From NCBI GenBank assembly GCA_039028615.1, contig JBCCHT010000001.1, positions 448,001 through 512,000 of the forward strand: DNA of 64,000 bases, in the 5' to 3' direction. Positions 60,737 to 64,000 of the stretch are shown one piece after another. The notes under the pieces are model-generated. The model was not told the origin of the DNA. It worked only from the letters and a program-made list of their open reading frames with translations, and did not search any database. The DNA comes from Myxococcota bacterium. Its GTDB lineage: Bacteria > Myxococcota_A > Polyangia > Nannocystales > Nannocystaceae. Both the position numbers and the translations under genes were made by a program. The first letter of the stretch is position 1, and each line of letters opens with the position of its first letter.

Positions 60737-62221
60737 TCAGAACACGACGCCGACCACGGCCACACACATCTCGTCGAGCGTATTGTCCCCCAGCGGCATG
60801 TCCACGAACTCGACCTCGCCGGGCCCGGCCCCCTGCTCGCTCATCAGCACCCGCATGAGCCGCTCGTTGCTCTCGCTGTTGTCGTAGCCGCACTCGATCA
60901 CGAGGATGTCGCCGTCGCGAGCCGGCGGCAGCTGCTCGAAGGGCGCGTCGTACTGGTAGCTGCGCTGCCAGTTGAAATCCCAGTCGGGCACGCCCACCAG
61001 GCACTCCGACGGCGTGGTCACGTCCTCGCCGTCACGCTCCAGCCGGACCCGGATGTCCTTGCCGGCCACGTGCTGGTGGGGCAGCACGCTCCAGATTCGC
61101 ACGTCTGCCGCCGAGGGGATCGACAGGGGGATTCGCAGGGTCTCCAGGTGATCGGACGCGCCCGCGGGCACGAGGAACTCCGGGCCGTCGGGGCCGTCGT
61201 TGGGCCCGGGCTGCAACCCCACCGAGGCCGGGCTCTGGTTCGCGTCGAAGGCCCCCAGGATGTTGATGAGGGCGGTGCGCTGGGGCCTGGTATCGGTGAC
61301 GCGCAGCTTGACCACCGTGCCGTCGTCGGTGCGCTCCTCGGTGGGGCTGGGGTGGTAGTGGGTCTGCATCACCAGACAGCTGCCCTCGGCGACCGGGATC
61401 CCGGAGCCGGGCGGCACCTCGGTGGGCAGCGACCCCGGCGTCCAGGCGGCGAAGACCGACGCCCCGGGCACGCCCGCTCCGCCGAAGCACTCGTAGCTGC
61501 CCGACTCGTCCACCATGCCTTCGCTCTGACAGTCCTCGTCGTAGAAGAACACGGCGTGGTGCACCACGGCCGGGTCGTTGGGCTCGACGGAGAGTCCCTC
61601 GAGCCATTGGTCGCCCTGCAGACCCAAGGACAGCGGATAGCAGCGGAACTCGTCGTCCACTCCCGGGGCGAGGGTCCACGTGCCCGCGCTCAGCTCGAGG
61701 TTGGCGTCGGCCAGATCGCCGTCGGGGATCGGCGGCAACGGAGCGGCCGCGTCGGGATCGCCGAACGGAGCCCCCGCGTCGGCCCACTGTTGGAGCATCT
61801 CGATCTCGTCGTCGGTCAGGCTGGGGTCGTCGAGCCAAGGCAGCTGCGGCGTACAGCTGTCGGTGGCCTGGGCTCCCCACGGCGGCATGGTGCGCGCATG
61901 GGCGGCCCCCGCCATCACCCCGGCGAAGGTCCGGGCCTGCTCGTAGTCGGTGAGCATCAGCCCGCCCAGCGGGTCGGCGCCGTCGTGACAGCCCCCGCAC
62001 CGCGCCTGCACCAGCGGAGCGATGTCGGCATTCCACGTGGGCCCCTCGACTCCGGCCGGGTCCTCCTCGCCGGTCGAGTCTTCGCCTTCGGTGCCGCCCT
62101 CTTCCGAGTCCATACCCGACCCGGTGTCTGCGCCCGCGCCTCCGTCCAGAGCCGAGTCCGGCGAAGCACAGGCTCCCACCATGAGGAGGGCGAACACCAA
62201 GGGCACCGATCCGCGAATCAT
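60737..62221 (-). CDS. Copper type II (PHM/DBH-like) monooxygenase lipoprotein with N-terminal heme c motif
   Basis: 'RCGGCH...MPPW', 'VVHHA', 'MQTHYH', 'PHQH', 'WDFNWQ', 'DEMC'. Confidence 0.85.
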   Translation of the reverse strand: MIRGSVPLVFALLMVGACASPDSALDGGAGADTGSGMDSEEGGTEGEDSTGEEDPAGVEGPTWNADIAPLVQARCGGCHDGADPLGGLMLTDYEQARTFAGVMAGAAHARTMPPWGAQATDSCTPQLPWLDDPSLTDDEIEMLQQWADAGAPFGDPDAAAPLPPIPDGDLADANLELSAGTWTLAPGVDDEFRCYPLSLGLQGDQWLEGLSVEPNDPAVVHHAVFFYDEDCQSEGMVDESGSYECFGGAGVPGASVFAAWTPGSLPTEVPPGSGIPVAEGSCLVMQTHYHPSPTEERTDDGTVVKLRVTDTRPQRTALINILGAFDANQSPASVGLQPGPNDGPDGPEFLVPAGASDHLETLRIPLSIPSAADVRIWSVLPHQHVAGKDIRVRLERDGEDVTTPSECLVGVPDWDFNWQRSYQYDAPFEQLPPARDGDILVIECGYDNSESNERLMRVLMSEQGAGPGEVEFVDMPLGDNTLDEMCVAVVGVVF

Positions 62222-62338
62222 GGCCCGACGCAATACAAACGCCGTGCCAGAGGCCATTGCACGGCAAGGGTCGACTTGGACGTACCGAGCTGTGGGGTCC
62301 ACCCTACAACTGCCGGGTCGAGCCTACAGCCTGCGGAC

Positions 62339-63082
62339 TCAACCGTGGGACGACGCCAACAGCACCATCCACGCCACCAGCGAGACCAGCGCGCCCAGCC
62401 CCGTCCGAAAGGCCGCCCGGGGGCGTAGTCGTCCTTTGGCATCGAGACCGCGCACCACGAACAGCGCGACGCACAGCACCCAGATCGCAAACGCGAGCGC
62501 CGCCAGGTTGCCCCGCGTCGGGTCGGGTCCCGGCGGTCGTGCCAGCTGCTCGGCGTGGAACTGCTCGGCTCGCCCCGCTTCCGAGGTATCGAGCCCCAGC
62601 TCGCGCTCCTGCTCGGCCATCAGCGCCGCGATGTGAAGGTTGGCCTGCTCCCAGCGATCGCGATGCGGAATCCCCCAGGCCCTCGTCGCGAGCAGACCCC
62701 GTCGCACTTCCCGGTAGGCGGCCAGCGCCCCGTGCCGCCCCTCCGCCCCGCGTTCGCGCTCCTGCTCGGCCAGGGCCCAGAGTCGATCGAGGGCTTCCTC
62801 GTCGTGCGAAGACCCCGGTGCACGCCAGCGCAGGGCACGACCGAGGTGCTCGATCTCCGCATCGAGATCCCCCGCCTGGTGAGCCACGTCCGCGTCTCCC
62901 AGCGCCGACTGGCCATCCCACACCACGCGCACCCACAGGGGCAGCACCACCGCCATCCCCACGATGAGCACCAGGCTCAGCGCACGCCGCCAACCAGCAA
63001 TGGGCTCGGGCGCGGACTCGGGCTCGGGCTCGGGCTCCGTCGCGGACGCTTCGGGCTCGGGCTCGGCGTCGTCCGGGCTCAC
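62339..63082 (-). CDS. Membrane protein downstream of PilI-like permease
   Basis: GTGA overlap with upstream stop; three TM segments and a TPR-like helix pair. Confidence 0.65.
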   Translation of the reverse strand: MSPDDAEPEPEASATEPEPEPESAPEPIAGWRRALSLVLIVGMAVVLPLWVRVVWDGQSALGDADVAHQAGDLDAEIEHLGRALRWRAPGSSHDEEALDRLWALAEQERERGAEGRHGALAAYREVRRGLLATRAWGIPHRDRWEQANLHIAALMAEQERELGLDTSEAGRAEQFHAEQLARPPGPDPTRGNLAALAFAIWVLCVALFVVRGLDAKGRLRPRAAFRTGLGALVSLVAWMVLLASSHG

Positions 63083-63900
63083 ACCAAGTCCCGCCGCGCG
63101 AAGAGCAGCATGGCGACGCCCAGGCAGACCGAGGCGTAGAGCAGACCGTAGAGGCTGGCCTCCGCCACGTAGCCCCACCCGATGAAGGTCTCGTGCACGC
63201 TCACCACTTCGCCCCCGACCTGCCCGCCCGAGATGAAGAACGCGTGAAAGTCGGGGATCACGGCGGAGACGAACTCGAGAATGGCGCCCAGCCCCGTGCC
63301 TTCGAGCTTCTTGCCGGTCGCGAAGGTCGCCAGCTCGGCCTGGTTGCGGCCGATGATCCACAGCGCCGCGGTGAACATGGCGGAGAGGTAGGGTGACGAG
63401 AACGACGAGAACAACATCGCCACCGCGGTCAGCAGCATGAGTTCGACGACCACGAGCACCTCGGCCCGCACCATGGCGACCCCGTGCACCCCCCCGGACA
63501 GCCCCACGAACAGCGCGAGGATCACCGCCATCGAGCCCACCAGGATCACCAGGGTGAAGACCTGGCCGAAGTACTTGCCGAGCAGGAACTCCCAGCGCTG
63601 GAGCGGCTTGGGCACGACGAAGTAGACCGTCTTGCGATCGAGTTCCTTGGACAGCAGGTTCACGCCCAAAAACAGCGCGATCACGACGCTGACGAGGCTG
63701 ATCCCGGCCAGGCCGAGGTCCTTCATCACCCGGACTTCTTCGTGCAGGGAAAGCTCGCCCAGCACCAGGCTGAACGCCATGAGCCCCACGGCGAACAGGG
63801 CGAGCACGTACAGCACGCGGTTGCGAACCGCCTCGCGGAAGGTGTTCAGCGCGATGGCCCAGATCCGCGGGGCGGCCCCGCCTCGGCTCGGTGCGCTCAT
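63079..63900 (-). CDS. ABC-2 type transporter permease, myxobacterial PilI-like
   Basis: 'IALNTFREAVRNRVLY', 'ELDRKTVYFVVPKPLQRWEFLLGKY', 'FARRDL'. Confidence 0.82.
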   Translation of the reverse strand: MSAPSRGGAAPRIWAIALNTFREAVRNRVLYVLALFAVGLMAFSLVLGELSLHEEVRVMKDLGLAGISLVSVVIALFLGVNLLSKELDRKTVYFVVPKPLQRWEFLLGKYFGQVFTLVILVGSMAVILALFVGLSGGVHGVAMVRAEVLVVVELMLLTAVAMLFSSFSSPYLSAMFTAALWIIGRNQAELATFATGKKLEGTGLGAILEFVSAVIPDFHAFFISGGQVGGEVVSVHETFIGWGYVAEASLYGLLYASVCLGVAMLLFARRDLV

Positions 63901-64000
63901 GCGGAGGCCTCCTGCTCCTTCGGGGCCTCGTCGTCGGCCGGCTCTTCGTCGCGGGCGGCCTCGCTGACGAACAGCGACTCCAGGCTCTCGCGGTGCGGTT
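63897..64000 (-). CDS. C-terminal end of ABC transporter ATP-binding subunit (PilH-like), truncated by window edge
   Basis: Reverse frame reads '..RESLESLFVSEA...ASA*' with TGA overlapping the permease ATG. Confidence 0.6.
   Translation of the reverse strand, partial: PHRESLESLFVSEAARDEEPADDEAPKEQEASA

Overview
GC-rich bacterial chromosomal DNA with about 60 protein-coding genes. Gene content (many Ser/Thr/Gly-stalked lipoproteins, ECF sigma/anti-sigma/TPR cassettes, Cys-rich repeat protein, pilH/pilI-like ABC genes, terpene synthase) points to a myxobacterium, probably Nannocystaceae-like (inference). I saw no rRNA, tRNA, CRISPR array, transposase or integrase. The most interesting region is 521-10335, a six-gene co-oriented cluster. 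It holds two paralogous LysM/TTR-like/peptidoglycan-binding proteins, a TTR-like adaptor, a DUF4123-C-terminus-like protein, a 790-aa protein with a possible split NlpC/P60-type Cys-His motif, and a signal-peptide-less 9x IPT/TIG-phospholipase D fusion. It looks like an orphan contractile-injection (T6SS-type) cargo module, but no VgrG/PAAR/Hcp and no evident immunity gene are present. Other notable items: a ~43-repeat hexa-cysteine lipoprotein capped by a somatomedin-B-like domain; an arylsulfotransferase-GGR-GT-C-methyltransferase operon; a LecB-like lectin with an altered specificity loop next to a class I terpene synthase; a SIR2-HEAT protein; a group III truncated haemoglobin with a SufR-like regulator; and a heme c-fused copper type II monooxygenase. 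All calls come from reading motifs by eye; no database searches were run, and several start codons are best guesses.
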